DNA from: an uncultured Acidobacteriota bacterium
GTDB lineage: Bacteria > Acidobacteriota > UBA6911
Reading direction: 5' to 3'
NCBI GenBank assembly: GCA_963843575.1
Contig: CAWJKZ010000017.1
Location: 224,001-288,000 of the forward strand
DNA: 64,000 nt
Part shown: positions 10,898 through 20,385 of the stretch, piece after piece
Layout: each line of letters opens with the position of its first letter
Numbering within the stretch: the first letter of the stretch is position 1
The notes under the pieces: generated by a model
Told to the model about the DNA's origin: nothing
The model's database searches: none
Seen by the model: the letters and a program-made list of their open reading frames with translations, nothing else
Made by a program: the position numbers and the translations under genes

Positions 10898-11266
10898 TCA
10901 GTAGAGTTCCGGCCCCCGGCGCCGCGGGCGATCACGGTCGGCAGAGCCACGACGGCCGGACTTGCCGCCCCGGTTGAAACCGCCGCCGCCACCACCGCCG
11001 CCGAACTCGCGCTTCTTTTGCGGGCGGGCTTCATTGACGGTGAGGGGCCGACCCTCTATCACCTTCCCGTTGAGCTGCTTGATGGCCGATTCCATGTCGG
11101 CCTCCGGCGCTAGTTCCACGAAGGCGAATCCCCTGGAGCGGCCGGTGTCCATGTCGCGCATCACCTTCACGCTCTCGACGGGTATATTGAGACTGGCAAA
11201 AAGCTCGTTCAACTGGGCATCCGCCATGTTGAAGGACAGGTTCCCTACAAACAGCTTGCTCGGCAT
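10898..11266 (-). CDS. RRM RNA-binding protein with Gly/Arg-rich tail
   Basis: RNP2 KLFVGNL, RNP1 RGFAFVE, GRPLTVNEARP, poly-Gly tail. Confidence 0.95.
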   Translation of the reverse strand: MPSKLFVGNLSFNMADAQLNELFASLNIPVESVKVMRDMDTGRSRGFAFVELAPEADMESAIKQLNGKVIEGRPLTVNEARPQKKREFGGGGGGGGFNRGGKSGRRGSADRDRPRRRGPELY

Positions 11267-11349
11267 ATTCTCCCTTTGCTGCAGTGATGCGCGCCCTTCA
11301 GAGTTCGGAACGGTGCCGGAGGACTCGCGAATTCAACACCTCTTAAAGC

Positions 11350-11385
11350 AAAAAAGGCTGCTTCCCCACGTCAGGAGTTGCAGCC
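11350..11385 (-). terminator. Intrinsic terminator-like hairpin in the RRM gene leader
   Basis: Minus strand reads GGCTGC-AA-CTCC-TGACGT-GGGG-AA-GCAGCC-TTTTTT. Confidence 0.65.
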
Positions 11386-11429
11386 GTCGTCAGCTATCGG
11401 TTGTAACAAAAACCTGATCAGACCTACTC

Positions 11430-11458
11430 AGTATATATTATGTGGACCGCACCCACAA
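11430..11458 (-). promoter_or_regulatory. Sigma70-type promoter for the RRM gene
   Basis: TTGTGG-17 nt-TATACT on the minus strand. Confidence 0.5.
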
Positions 11459-11467
11459 GGGCGAGTC

Positions 11468-11560
11468 GGGTCTGGAGGATCTCCGGGAACTTCGGGCCCT
11501 GGAGGTAAATCGCGGGACTTGCCTCCAGGGCTCGGAGGACTCAAAGACTCTCCAAGACCC
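11468..11560. repeat. Long imperfect palindrome after the radical SAM gene stop
   Basis: TTCGGGCCCTGGAGGTAAATC / GACTTGCCTCCAGGGCTCGGA core with outer GGGTCTGGAG / CTCCAAGACCC arms. Confidence 0.7.
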
Positions 11561-11570
11561 AGCCACTGGC

Positions 11571-13232
11571 TCAGTGCGACACCGAGCCCCAGTTGCGGCG
11601 CTCCACGAATGTGGGGGGCTCGTAGGTCCAACCGCGCCGCAGCCGCCGTTCTTCGGACCAGATCCTGAACCTGAGAAATCCGCCCGAGATGGCCGCCAGG
11701 ACCCGCGCCTTGAGTCTAAACTCGGCGTTGATCTCCTGGCGCACCGCGCTGATCTTCTGCGCCAGCACGCGATTCCGGTCGCGAAAGTACCCTTCCATAG
11801 CCCACACGGCACCGCCGAACTTGATTGCGAAATGCCGCGCTTCGCGGCGGAACCTGTCGCGCACCCTCGTTTCGGGATGGTTTTTGTAACGCTTCCAACC
11901 CTGGAACAGGGTCCGGGTCATACGAAGAAGGCTCGGCCCGTTTATCTCGAAATCCCGGCGGAAGGCGCGCAGCAGGAACTCCCCCGACTGCTCCCGCGAA
12001 ATTGCGCGGTGGCGGAAGTTGAAGTGGAACTGGCCGTGGTAATCCGCGAGGTCAACCCCGGGGTCGAGGGTGCCGGCGGCCTTGTGTTCCTCGTACAGCG
12101 GCGTTCCAGGGACCGGGGTGTAGAGCATGAACTGGTGGAAGTCGGTGTCGTGACTGACGGCATAGTCGATCGCCTGGTCGATGTTCTCCGGCGTGTGGTT
12201 CTCCAGGCCGATAATCGTCGACCCGAGCACGCGTATACCGTGTGACTGGAGCTCCTTCACGAGACGCCGCGTCTTGGTGCCGTTCAACTTGGAGTACCGG
12301 CTTTCCTCACCCTCCAGCCCCATCCACAGCCACGACACGCCGAGCCCCACCAGCTCGTCCATGGTGTACTTGCGTAAGGCGTTCGCCGACGAGAACAGGT
12401 AAAGCGACCAAGCCTTGCCATGGCGGCGCATCAGCTCGAGGAGTTGCAGGGCACGCTCGCGGTAGAGCAGGAAATTCTCGTCCATGACAAAAAACGAGTC
12501 TACCTTCAGGCGTTCTTCCATGCTGTTCATGATCTCGAACAGCTCCGCACCGGAGTCGTAGAAGTTGACAAAATTCCCCTTCCCGCCAAACAGGGCGGAG
12601 GTCGAGCAGAAGTTGCACCCCATTGGGCAGCCGACCGAGGGGATCAGCACGGCGGCGACGTCCCCCTGACTCTCCCGCAGCGGCACCCCCATGATGCGGC
12701 CCCCAAAGCCGGAAATGATGTCCGGGTGCACTACGGGACGCGCCGGGTCTTCGCCCAGGTAGCGCCGCATCCAGTTCACGCCCTCGCCCTTCACGATAAA
12801 ATCTGCGTCGATCATCAACTCCAGACCGGGCAGGTTCGCGATGTGCCCGCCGATCACGATCCGGCTGCCCGGGCGGTACTGGCGGATCAACTCGCACATC
12901 TTCTTGACCTTCCCAACGTTCATGACGATGGAGCTGATCCCGATGATGTCGTACTCTTGTTCGCGGATCTCGTCGGAGAAGCGTTCCAGGGTCGGAAAGT
13001 CCAACAACGTGGACGGGGCAGAGATGTTCGACTGGATCATCATCAGTCCCCAGGAACGATGGAACATGCGCAGTGAAAACGGCCCCTGCACACGCGTCAC
13101 CTGGTTGTGATAAAGCTCCATCGGATTCATGCTGCGACTGCCGTATTCGTCGTCCTGCGCGTACGGCCCGAACACGGATGTCAAGAGCACACGCGCCTGC
13201 GTGCCCTTTGGATGCTGCGTTTCGGTAAGCAC
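11571..13232 (-). CDS. B12-binding domain radical SAM protein
   Basis: N-terminal cobalamin-binding region (YDIIGISS, IVIGGH, GEG); GCPMGCNFC CxxxCxxC; DENF, GLE, TPVPGTPLY; GTG start with AGGAG RBS. Confidence 0.88.
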   Translation of the reverse strand: MLTETQHPKGTQARVLLTSVFGPYAQDDEYGSRSMNPMELYHNQVTRVQGPFSLRMFHRSWGLMMIQSNISAPSTLLDFPTLERFSDEIREQEYDIIGISSIVMNVGKVKKMCELIRQYRPGSRIVIGGHIANLPGLELMIDADFIVKGEGVNWMRRYLGEDPARPVVHPDIISGFGGRIMGVPLRESQGDVAAVLIPSVGCPMGCNFCSTSALFGGKGNFVNFYDSGAELFEIMNSMEERLKVDSFFVMDENFLLYRERALQLLELMRRHGKAWSLYLFSSANALRKYTMDELVGLGVSWLWMGLEGEESRYSKLNGTKTRRLVKELQSHGIRVLGSTIIGLENHTPENIDQAIDYAVSHDTDFHQFMLYTPVPGTPLYEEHKAAGTLDPGVDLADYHGQFHFNFRHRAISREQSGEFLLRAFRRDFEINGPSLLRMTRTLFQGWKRYKNHPETRVRDRFRREARHFAIKFGGAVWAMEGYFRDRNRVLAQKISAVRQEINAEFRLKARVLAAISGGFLRFRIWSEERRLRRGWTYEPPTFVERRNWGSVSH

Positions 13233-13447
13233 TTCTGCACTCCTGAAAAAACCCACACCGAGGCATAAATTATCCGCCCAGCCCGAGGAGGTGCCGTGTA
13301 AAAGAAATGTAATGGTTGACAGGCATGTCGGCCTGCCCGCCCGAGGGCACACCGATCTACTGCGGAATAGATGGGATCGAGACAGAGCTCAACGAGCAAC
13401 GCGGCCCCGGAGGGCGGGGTCACGACGGCGCCGACGCGGTCGCGCTC

Positions 13448-13924
13448 TCAGTCCCGGCATTCCCCGTGCGCTTGGACGACCTCGACGGTCGTTTCGCCGT
13501 TGGCGTTGACGGTCACGTGAGAAGTCAGGTGAACGAGGAAATTCTCCCCGGACCCCTCGCTCACGAGGTTGAAGGACTGCAGAGCCGTCGACTCGGCCTG
13601 GAGGCCGTCGCCGTTGACGACCACCTCCAGGTTCCGGGTGGCGTGATAGGTGCGGCCCGCATCCGACACTCCTCTGAGCCCCTGTGCGTTGGTCCGAATC
13701 ACCCAGTGCACGCGGTTCCCGTCCGTCGTGATCCGGGTGACGGTGTGGAGTTCACCGCTCAGCCCGACCAACTCCCCCGCGCACGGGTTCCAGATTCCCA
13801 GCGAAATGGTGGTCGTGGCCTGCCTGGCGCCTGCAGAAACGAAGCCCCATGGGCTTGACAACGCGAGCACGAGCGCCGCAGCCGCCCAGCGTGCCGAGCA
13901 CGTTCCGTACGGTAGGATGCGCAT
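13448..13924 (-). CDS. Hypothetical secreted beta-rich protein
   Basis: Hydrophobic signal (WAAAALVLAL), NPCAGE near the mature N-terminus, C-terminal HVTVNANG..EC; two Cys that may pair. Confidence 0.65.
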   Translation of the reverse strand: MRILPYGTCSARWAAAALVLALSSPWGFVSAGARQATTTISLGIWNPCAGELVGLSGELHTVTRITTDGNRVHWVIRTNAQGLRGVSDAGRTYHATRNLEVVVNGDGLQAESTALQSFNLVSEGSGENFLVHLTSHVTVNANGETTVEVVQAHGECRD

Positions 13925-14177
13925 TTATGCCGGTCCCCTGTTGAAGACGAATACAAGAGCTTCCGAAACCGCCCGATCCGGTTCGATGTTAACACGACCG
14001 ACGCCCGTGGCAATTCAGAATGCGCCCCGCATCTTAGGGTCTGTCACAGAATAACAGGCCCACTTTAGGCGCGAGCGCCGGGCGGGCAGATGCAAGGCGC
14101 CGCGACGCAGGCGATGTGGTGACATCGTCCAGGAGCGGCAACGCCGCAGATGCCCGCCCGCCGCCGCACTCCGGAGG

Positions 14178-14249
14178 GCTGACGGCTCCGTTAATAGCAA
14201 TCTCCTATCGTTGCTTGGTGTAGGATCTGTTAGCTTGGGAGCCGTCAGC
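14178..14249 (+). ncRNA. Candidate structured RNA (rod-like hairpin)
   Basis: GCTGACGGCTCC/GGAGCCGTCAGC perfect 12-bp stem, then GTTAATAG/CTGTTAGC (2 G-U pairs) and TCCTA/TAGGA. Confidence 0.4.
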
Positions 14250-14385
14250 AAAATGTGGAATTATTCTTGCACGAGCCCTTAGCCCGCCCACTTGATGGGC
14301 GGGCGGCTAGAAGTCACTATTACGACCGGCATCCGAAAACCCGGAGTGTCCATGTTCCTGGGAAACTTAACAAGGTGAGGCACGC

Positions 14386-17300
14386 ATGAGCGCACTGAGA
14401 AACCGGGCGGCGATCGCCGTCCTTTTCCTGTTCTCTTCACTTCTGGCCGAAGCAACGGCCTTTGCTGAAATCGACGCCCGCATGTTGCGTTACCCGGCAG
14501 TGTCGTCGGAGCGGATCGCGTTCGTCTACGCGGGCGATATCTGGCTGGTGGCCCGGAGAGGAGGAACGGCCGTACGCCTGAGTTCGTCAGCCGGGGAGGA
14601 GTCGTTCCCGCGCTTTTCCCCTGACGGCTCGAGGATCGCCTTCAGCGCCGCCTATGACGGCAATACCGACGTGTACGTCGTCGCGGTCTCCGGTGGCGAA
14701 CCGGTGCGGTTGACCTACCACCCTATGCCGGACCGCGTGGTCGGTTGGACGCCCGACGGCAAGCGCGTCCTTTTTGCCTCGGGCCGGGAAAGCGGCAGGC
14801 AGCGCTACAACCAGTTCTTCACGGTAGGGCTCGACGGCGGACTTCCCGAAAAACTTCCTGTCCCTTACGGCGAGTTCGGCGTGTATTCGCCGGACGGCAC
14901 CCAGTTCGTCTACATGCCGCAGTCGCAGGACTTCCGCACGTGGAAGCGCTACCGCGGCGGCTGGGCGCCCGACCTGTGGCTCTTCGACCTGAAGACGTAC
15001 GCGTCGCGCAACCTCACGAACGACCCGGCAAACGACGCGCAGCCCATGTGGCACGGGAAAACCTTGTATTTCCTGTCGGACCGCGGCGCGAACCAGCGCA
15101 ACAACATCTGGGCGTATGACCTGGCCAGCGGCAAGGTGCGGCAGGTCACCCAGTTCACCGACTTCGACCTCACTTTCCCGTCCCTCGGCCCCGACGCGAT
15201 CGTGTTCCAGGCCGGGGGCAGGCTGTACCTCCTGGATCTCTCCTCCGAGAAATCGACCGAGGTTCCCGTCCGCGTCGTCACCGACGAGTCGACGCTCCGG
15301 CCGAGGACTGCAAAGGCCGACGCGCTTATCGGCGGGGGCTCTGCCTCGCCATCCGGTAAGCGCGCGGTCTTCGAGGCGCGCGGCGACGTCTTCACGGTCC
15401 CGGCCGAAGAGGGGGCCGTCGTCAACGTGACGCGCTCTTCCGGCGTGTCCGAGCGCTACCCCCGCTGGTCCCCGGACGGCAAGACGCTTGCCTTCTGGAG
15501 CGATCGCAGCGGCGAATACGAACTGACACTCGCGCCCTCCGAAACTCCCGGTCGGGAGACGAAGCACACGTCTCTCGGCGCCGGCTTCCGCTACCCGCCG
15601 CGCTGGTCCCCGGACAACCGCAAGATCGCCTTCATCGATCAGGCGATGCGCATCCGCATCCTCGAACTGGACGGCGACCGCATCACCGATGTCGACAGGA
15701 GCCCTCAGTGGATCGCCCATGGCGGCCTCGAGAGCTTCGTCATGAACTGGTCCCCGGATTCGCGCTGGCTGACCTACGCCCGCCCCACCGTCTCGGGCAA
15801 CAACGCGATCTTCCTCTACGACACCCGGAATGCGAAGCTGCACCAGGCGACGGCCGGATACCTGAACGACGCCCAGCCGGTGTTCGACCCCGACGGCAAG
15901 TACCTGTTTTATGCCTCGGATCGCGAGTTCGAGCCCGTCTACGGCAGTTTCGACAACAGCTGGACCTACCCCAACCCGACGCGGCTCGTCGCCGTGCCCC
16001 TGCGCAAGGACGTGAAGTCGCCGCTCGCGGCCCGCAACAACGCCGAAAACCCGGCGCTCGACACCGCCAAGAAGGATGAACCGAAGCCGGGCCAGGGAAA
16101 GGACAAAGAAGGCGAAAAGAAAGAGCAGGCGGCTGCCGCTCCCCCTCCGGCCCCAGTCGAGATCGACCTCGACGGCTTCGAGGCACGCGCGGTCGTGCTC
16201 CCTCCCAAGGCCGGAAACTACGCCGACCTTTCGGCCGTCAAGGACAAGCTGCTCTACCGCCGCCTGCCCCGCACCGGCTCGGGGGAAGAGAAGAACCCGG
16301 TCGTCTATTTCGATCTCGAGGCGCGGGAGGAGAAGAAGGTCCTCGACGACGCCGACGGCCTCGAAAGCACCTTCGACGGCAAGAAGCTGTTTGTCGCGAC
16401 CAAAGGGAAATTCGCGATGGTCGACATCAAGCCGGACCAGAAAGTCGAGAAGACGATGCCCACCGGCGACATGGAGGTCCCGGTGGACCCGCGCGCCGAG
16501 TGGAGGCAGATGTTCACCGACACCTACCGGTTCGAGCGCGATTTCTTCTACGACCCGAACATGCACGGGGTCGACTGGGCGGGGCTGCGCACACGCTACG
16601 CCAAGCTGCTGGAGGACGCGGTTACACGCTGGGACGTGAATTTCGTGCTGGGTGAGTTTATCGCCGAGCTTAACGCCTCCCACACCTACCGTGGCGGCGG
16701 CGACGAGGAACACCCGCCGGCGCGGTCGGTCGGGATGCTCGGGGTCGATTGGGAGCTCTCCGGCGGCGCCTACCGGGTGAAACGGATCATCCGCGGCGGG
16801 CCGTGGGACGTCTCGGTGCGCTCGCCCCTGGACGAGCCCGGCGTCAATGTCAGGGAAGGCGAGTATATCCTCGCCGTCAACGGCGTCCCCATCGACGCCA
16901 AACTGGACCCCTGGGCGGCGTTCCAGGGGCTGGGAGAGAAGACCGTCGTCCTCACCGTCAACGCCACCCCATCTCCGGAGGGCGCGCGCCAGGTCGTCGT
17001 CAAGACGCTGGGCGACGAAACCGAGCTTCGCTTCCGGGCCTGGATCGAAGAGCGCCGGCAGCGCGTCGACCAGGCGACTGGCGGCAAGGTGGGCTACATC
17101 TACGTCCAGAGCACGGGCCGGGACGCGCAGAATGAACTCGTCAAACAGTTCATGGCGCAGTGGAAGAAGGACGGCCTGGTCATCGACGAGCGATTCAACA
17201 GCGGCGGGCAGATCCCGGACCGGTTCATCGAGCTGCTCAATCGGCCGATACTCTCCTACTGGGCCGTCCGGGACGGCCCGAGCCAGCAGTGGCCGCCGGT

Positions 17301-17697
17301 CGCCCACCGCGGCCCCCAGGTCATGCTGATCAACGGCTGGAGCGGGTCGGGAGGGGACGCCTTCCCGTTCTATTTTCGTGAAGCCGGACTGGGACCGCTG
17401 ATCGGCACCCGCACCTGGGGCGGGTTGATCGGCATCAGCGGTGCACCCGCGCTGACCGACGGCGGCGGCGTAACCGTACCGACCTTCCGCATGTACGATC
17501 CGAAAGGGCGCTGGTTCGCGGAAGGCCACGGCGTCGACCCCGATATTAAGGTCGACGAGGACCCGACGCAGCTGGCCAAGGGAGGAGATCCGCAACTCGA
17601 GCGGGCGATCAAGGTGGTGACCGACGGGATCGCAAAGCAGGCACCGGCCCCGCCGCGCCCGCCGTACGAAAAGCGCGTCCCAGGCATCGCGCCATAG
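14386..17697 (+). CDS. Tricorn protease (S41 family, PD40 propellers + PDZ)
   Basis: Signal peptide, IAFVYAGDIW, PRFSPDG repeats, ELNASH, DERFNSGG, GSGGD, GTRTWGG, EGHGVDPD, DPQLERAI. Confidence 0.95.
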   Translation: MSALRNRAAIAVLFLFSSLLAEATAFAEIDARMLRYPAVSSERIAFVYAGDIWLVARRGGTAVRLSSSAGEESFPRFSPDGSRIAFSAAYDGNTDVYVVAVSGGEPVRLTYHPMPDRVVGWTPDGKRVLFASGRESGRQRYNQFFTVGLDGGLPEKLPVPYGEFGVYSPDGTQFVYMPQSQDFRTWKRYRGGWAPDLWLFDLKTYASRNLTNDPANDAQPMWHGKTLYFLSDRGANQRNNIWAYDLASGKVRQVTQFTDFDLTFPSLGPDAIVFQAGGRLYLLDLSSEKSTEVPVRVVTDESTLRPRTAKADALIGGGSASPSGKRAVFEARGDVFTVPAEEGAVVNVTRSSGVSERYPRWSPDGKTLAFWSDRSGEYELTLAPSETPGRETKHTSLGAGFRYPPRWSPDNRKIAFIDQAMRIRILELDGDRITDVDRSPQWIAHGGLESFVMNWSPDSRWLTYARPTVSGNNAIFLYDTRNAKLHQATAGYLNDAQPVFDPDGKYLFYASDREFEPVYGSFDNSWTYPNPTRLVAVPLRKDVKSPLAARNNAENPALDTAKKDEPKPGQGKDKEGEKKEQAAAAPPPAPVEIDLDGFEARAVVLPPKAGNYADLSAVKDKLLYRRLPRTGSGEEKNPVVYFDLEAREEKKVLDDADGLESTFDGKKLFVATKGKFAMVDIKPDQKVEKTMPTGDMEVPVDPRAEWRQMFTDTYRFERDFFYDPNMHGVDWAGLRTRYAKLLEDAVTRWDVNFVLGEFIAELNASHTYRGGGDEEHPPARSVGMLGVDWELSGGAYRVKRIIRGGPWDVSVRSPLDEPGVNVREGEYILAVNGVPIDAKLDPWAAFQGLGEKTVVLTVNATPSPEGARQVVVKTLGDETELRFRAWIEERRQRVDQATGGKVGYIYVQSTGRDAQNELVKQFMAQWKKDGLVIDERFNSGGQIPDRFIELLNRPILSYWAVRDGPSQQWPPVAHRGPQVMLINGWSGSGGDAFPFYFREAGLGPLIGTRTWGGLIGISGAPALTDGGGVTVPTFRMYDPKGRWFAEGHGVDPDIKVDEDPTQLAKGGDPQLERAIKVVTDGIAKQAPAPPRPPYEKRVPGIAP

Positions 17698-17707
17698 CCA
17701 GAGTGAA

Positions 17708-17772
17708 GTGGGCCGCGGCGTCTCGCCGCGGCCCCCGAGACGTCCGGGCGTGGGCGGGCCGCCCCCGCCCAC
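17708..17772. repeat. Inverted pair of 27-nt GTGG-footed REP elements
   Basis: GTGGGCCGCGGCGTCTCGCCGCGGCCC (+, 17708-17734) and GTGGGCGGGGGCGGCCCGCCCACGCCC (-, 17746-17772), between convergent genes. Confidence 0.75.
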
Positions 17773-17776
17773 TTGC

Positions 17777-18560
17777 TTACATCGGCTTCAACGCGATGAC
17801 CGCGACCACGGCACCGGTCGGGTCCTGAAGCACCGAGAAGCGCCCGGTACCCGGCACGTCCTGCGGCGGCACCAGCACCTTCCCGCCAAGGGCCTGGGCA
17901 CGCGCTACCGATGAGTTGCAGTCGGCCACCGAGAGGTACGACATCCAGTTCGGCGGCACACCCTGCATCTGCGGCCCCTCGATCTTCATCATGCCGGCGG
18001 CGGGTTTGCCGTCGAGTTGGAACACGGTGTACGTCATGCCCGGGCCCATCGGCATCTCCGTGTGGGTCCAGCCCAGCAGCGCCTCGTAGAAGTTCCGCGC
18101 ACCCTCGACGCTGGTGGTCATCAATTCGGTCCAGGCGAAAGCTCCCGGCTTGGGCGACAGGCGCGCGGAGCCCTGGTGTTCCCGCCCCATGAATACGGCG
18201 AAATGCGCTCCCTGCGGATCCTGCAGGAACGCCATGCGCCCGACGTTGGGAACATCCATCGGGGGCGCAACGATCTTGCCACCCAACGCGGCCGCCTTGC
18301 CGACAGTGGCGTCCACGTCGTTCACCCACACGTAGGCCATCCAGTGCGGGGGCACCCCTTCGAACTGCGGGCCGCCCATCTGGTAACCCCCGCCGACATC
18401 CTTGCCCTCGAGCTGGAAAATGTAATAGATCCCATGCTCACCCATGTCATGTTCGTGGGTTCCCCAGCCCATCCAGCTGCGTGTAGAACTGACGCGCCGC
18501 CTTGATGTCCCGCGTCCCGAGCTCGTACCAGCAAAACTCCCCCTGCCTGTAGTCCGCCAT
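17777..18560 (-). CDS. Two-domain VOC/glyoxalase family protein (frameshift near 18472)
   Basis: MADYRQGEFCWYELGTRD start, then PHWMAYVWVNDVD, GRMAFLQDPQGA, AFAWTELMT, GRFSVLQDPTGA. Confidence 0.85.
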
Positions 18561-18803
18561 GTTTCCTCCCCTCGGATAGTTGAGCTGCCTGGCATGCTTC
18601 GTTCACCAAACTTTAGGTTCCCGGGGTCTCCGGGTCAAGGGCCCAGGAGGAGCGGGCCGGGCGGCCACGGGGGCAGCCCGGACAGCTCCTTGGCCCTCTC
18701 CGGGTTGAGGCTAAGAATTAAGAGATTGTCTTCCAGGAGGAGCGGCATGACACTTGCGGAACTGGCGCGCTTTGCGCTCCGCATCAGTCAGCGCGGGGCG
18801 GCT

Positions 18804-19223
18804 TCAGGGCTGGGGGCGTGGCCCGGGGACCGGGCCATCTCCCGGAGGCCGCCAGCGCCCCATCCTGCGGTCCATCTCGCGCACCAGTTCCTCGAATTTC
18901 TTTTTCTGGGGTTCGTCGAGTATCGCCAGGATGCGGGCGTCGGTTTCGACGCGGATGGCTTTGAATTTCGGCGCGCTTTCGGCCTGGAGAGCCTCCATCC
19001 GGCTCCGGGACTCCTCCATGATGGTGTCGAAGCTCTTCTGCTGCTCGGGCGAGAGATGGAGCACATCGAGCATCCTCGGCCTGCCGCCCTTGCCGGGAGG
19101 GCCAAATGGGCGGTCGCTGGCCGAAGCACGGAGGGTGTACAGGTGATATGCCGCCGCCCCGATCACGCTCCCCAGTAGGAATACCGCAATCAGCACGGTC
19201 AAAGCCCGAGCGCGCTCAGTCAT
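18804..19223 (-). CDS. Membrane-anchored periplasmic Spy/CpxP-like protein
   Basis: TM segment VLIAVFLLGSVIG; LHLSPEQ and ILDEPQKKKF LTxxQ-like motifs; overlaps the anti-sigma stop. Confidence 0.7.
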   Translation of the reverse strand: MTERARALTVLIAVFLLGSVIGAAAYHLYTLRASASDRPFGPPGKGGRPRMLDVLHLSPEQQKSFDTIMEESRSRMEALQAESAPKFKAIRVETDARILAILDEPQKKKFEELVREMDRRMGRWRPPGDGPVPGPRPQP

Positions 19224-19668
19224 ACTTGTCCCCACGCATTGACACCAGGGCGCGGAATTCGTCGTAGCCCTGGACTTTCTCCCCCCGAACCAGCTGTTCG
19301 CTTTCCTCCACCAGCAACTCGTACTTGCCGTAGGTCGGTGAAGCCGTGCGGGAAGAGACCAGGACGAGGGCCGCGAAAATACAGGCGGCGAGCGCCGCGA
19401 CGGCCCAGGCTTGGCGAAGCGGCAGCCACGACAGTAGAATGCGGTCCCAGGACTGGCCGCCGGCGAATGCCTTCGCGGCAACCCGGGTGGCGAACATTGC
19501 CGGTATTGCGGGTTCGGCGACGTCTATCGCCCGGACCAGGTTGTCGAGCAAGCGCATGCGCAGCAGGCACTCGCCACAGCCGGGAAGGTGCTCCTCGAAG
19601 GCGGCCCGCTGCGCGGGATCCATTTCCCCGTCCCGATACTGGTCAAACTGAGTGCAAACCCGTTTCAT
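19216..19668 (-). CDS. zf-HC2 anti-sigma factor
   Basis: YRDGEM..FEEHLPGCGEC (HxxxCxxC) plus one TM helix; ATGA overlap with the sigma gene. Confidence 0.85.
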   Translation of the reverse strand: MKRVCTQFDQYRDGEMDPAQRAAFEEHLPGCGECLLRMRLLDNLVRAIDVAEPAIPAMFATRVAAKAFAGGQSWDRILLSWLPLRQAWAVAALAACIFAALVLVSSRTASPTYGKYELLVEESEQLVRGEKVQGYDEFRALVSMRGDKYD

Positions 19669-20276
19669 CCTTTTCTCTTCAACAGACCGTCGAGGTGGAG
19701 CCGAAACCGCCGCTGGATCTCGGCGCGCGCCCGGCACACGCGGCCGCGCGCCCCAGCCTCGGCGAGGCCGAGCTGCCTCGCGATGTCAGGATAAGCCCAT
19801 CCCTCGATTTCGCGCAACACCAATGCCGACCTGTACTTAGGTTTCAACTCATCGACCAGGGAAAGCGCGATGCGCTGGTATTCCTCCGGCCCGTCCGTGA
19901 TCAATGACTCGAAGTCGCCGTTGAGCGACATGCCCTTGAGCAGCCGCTCCTGCTCTCCCTCCTCAAGTTCCGACCACAGGCGGCAGGGACGCGCCTTCCT
20001 GCTGCGCAGCTGGTCGATGCAATAATTCGCGGTGATACGCCTGATCCAGGCGCCGAACGGGTACGCCGGGTTGAACCGCTTCAGCGAAACGAACGCCCTG
20101 AGAAAGACTTCCTGGACCGCATCCTCGATCTCGCTCGAGTTGCCCAGGATGCGCCGCGCCGTGCGCCAGACGGGTGTCTGATAACGCCGGACTAATTCCG
20201 CGAAGGCCCGTTCATCCTTCTGCAGGGTGCGTTCGACCAGGACCGCGTCTTCGGGCGCCGCCGTTACTTCATCCAT
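19665..20276 (-). CDS. ECF RNA polymerase sigma factor
   Basis: AFAELVRRYQ, EDAVQEVF, FGAWIRRITANYCIDQLR (region 2); LVLREIEGWAYPDIA (region 4). Confidence 0.93.
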   Translation of the reverse strand: MDEVTAAPEDAVLVERTLQKDERAFAELVRRYQTPVWRTARRILGNSSEIEDAVQEVFLRAFVSLKRFNPAYPFGAWIRRITANYCIDQLRSRKARPCRLWSELEEGEQERLLKGMSLNGDFESLITDGPEEYQRIALSLVDELKPKYRSALVLREIEGWAYPDIARQLGLAEAGARGRVCRARAEIQRRFRLHLDGLLKRKG

Positions 20277-20300
20277 ACGAGGGAGAGCGCAAATGTAACA
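20275..20300 (-). promoter_or_regulatory. ECF promoter motif, copy at the sigma gene 5' end
   Basis: TGTTAC-15 nt-CGTAT; the -10 element overlaps the called ATG. Confidence 0.5.
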
Positions 20301-20385
20301 GGAAATAGGAAAAAAACCGTGCCTACTATTCGATATTCCCTCCGCGGAAAGAGTTCAGAAAATTCTTCGAGCCGCCACGGAAACG

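Noticed and set aside
14100-14310. Known riboswitch or integron attC site
   Set aside because: No match to TPP, SAM, cobalamin, fluoride or c-di-GMP consensus by eye, and no proper RYYYAAC/GTTRRRY pair. Kept only as an unassigned structure.
14587-17772. 1061-aa minus-strand ORF and similar long antisense ORFs (e.g. 55599..57098, 57123..58682, 49378..50916)
   Set aside because: These are stop-poor antisense frames of real genes in a high-GC genome and have no recognisable motifs.
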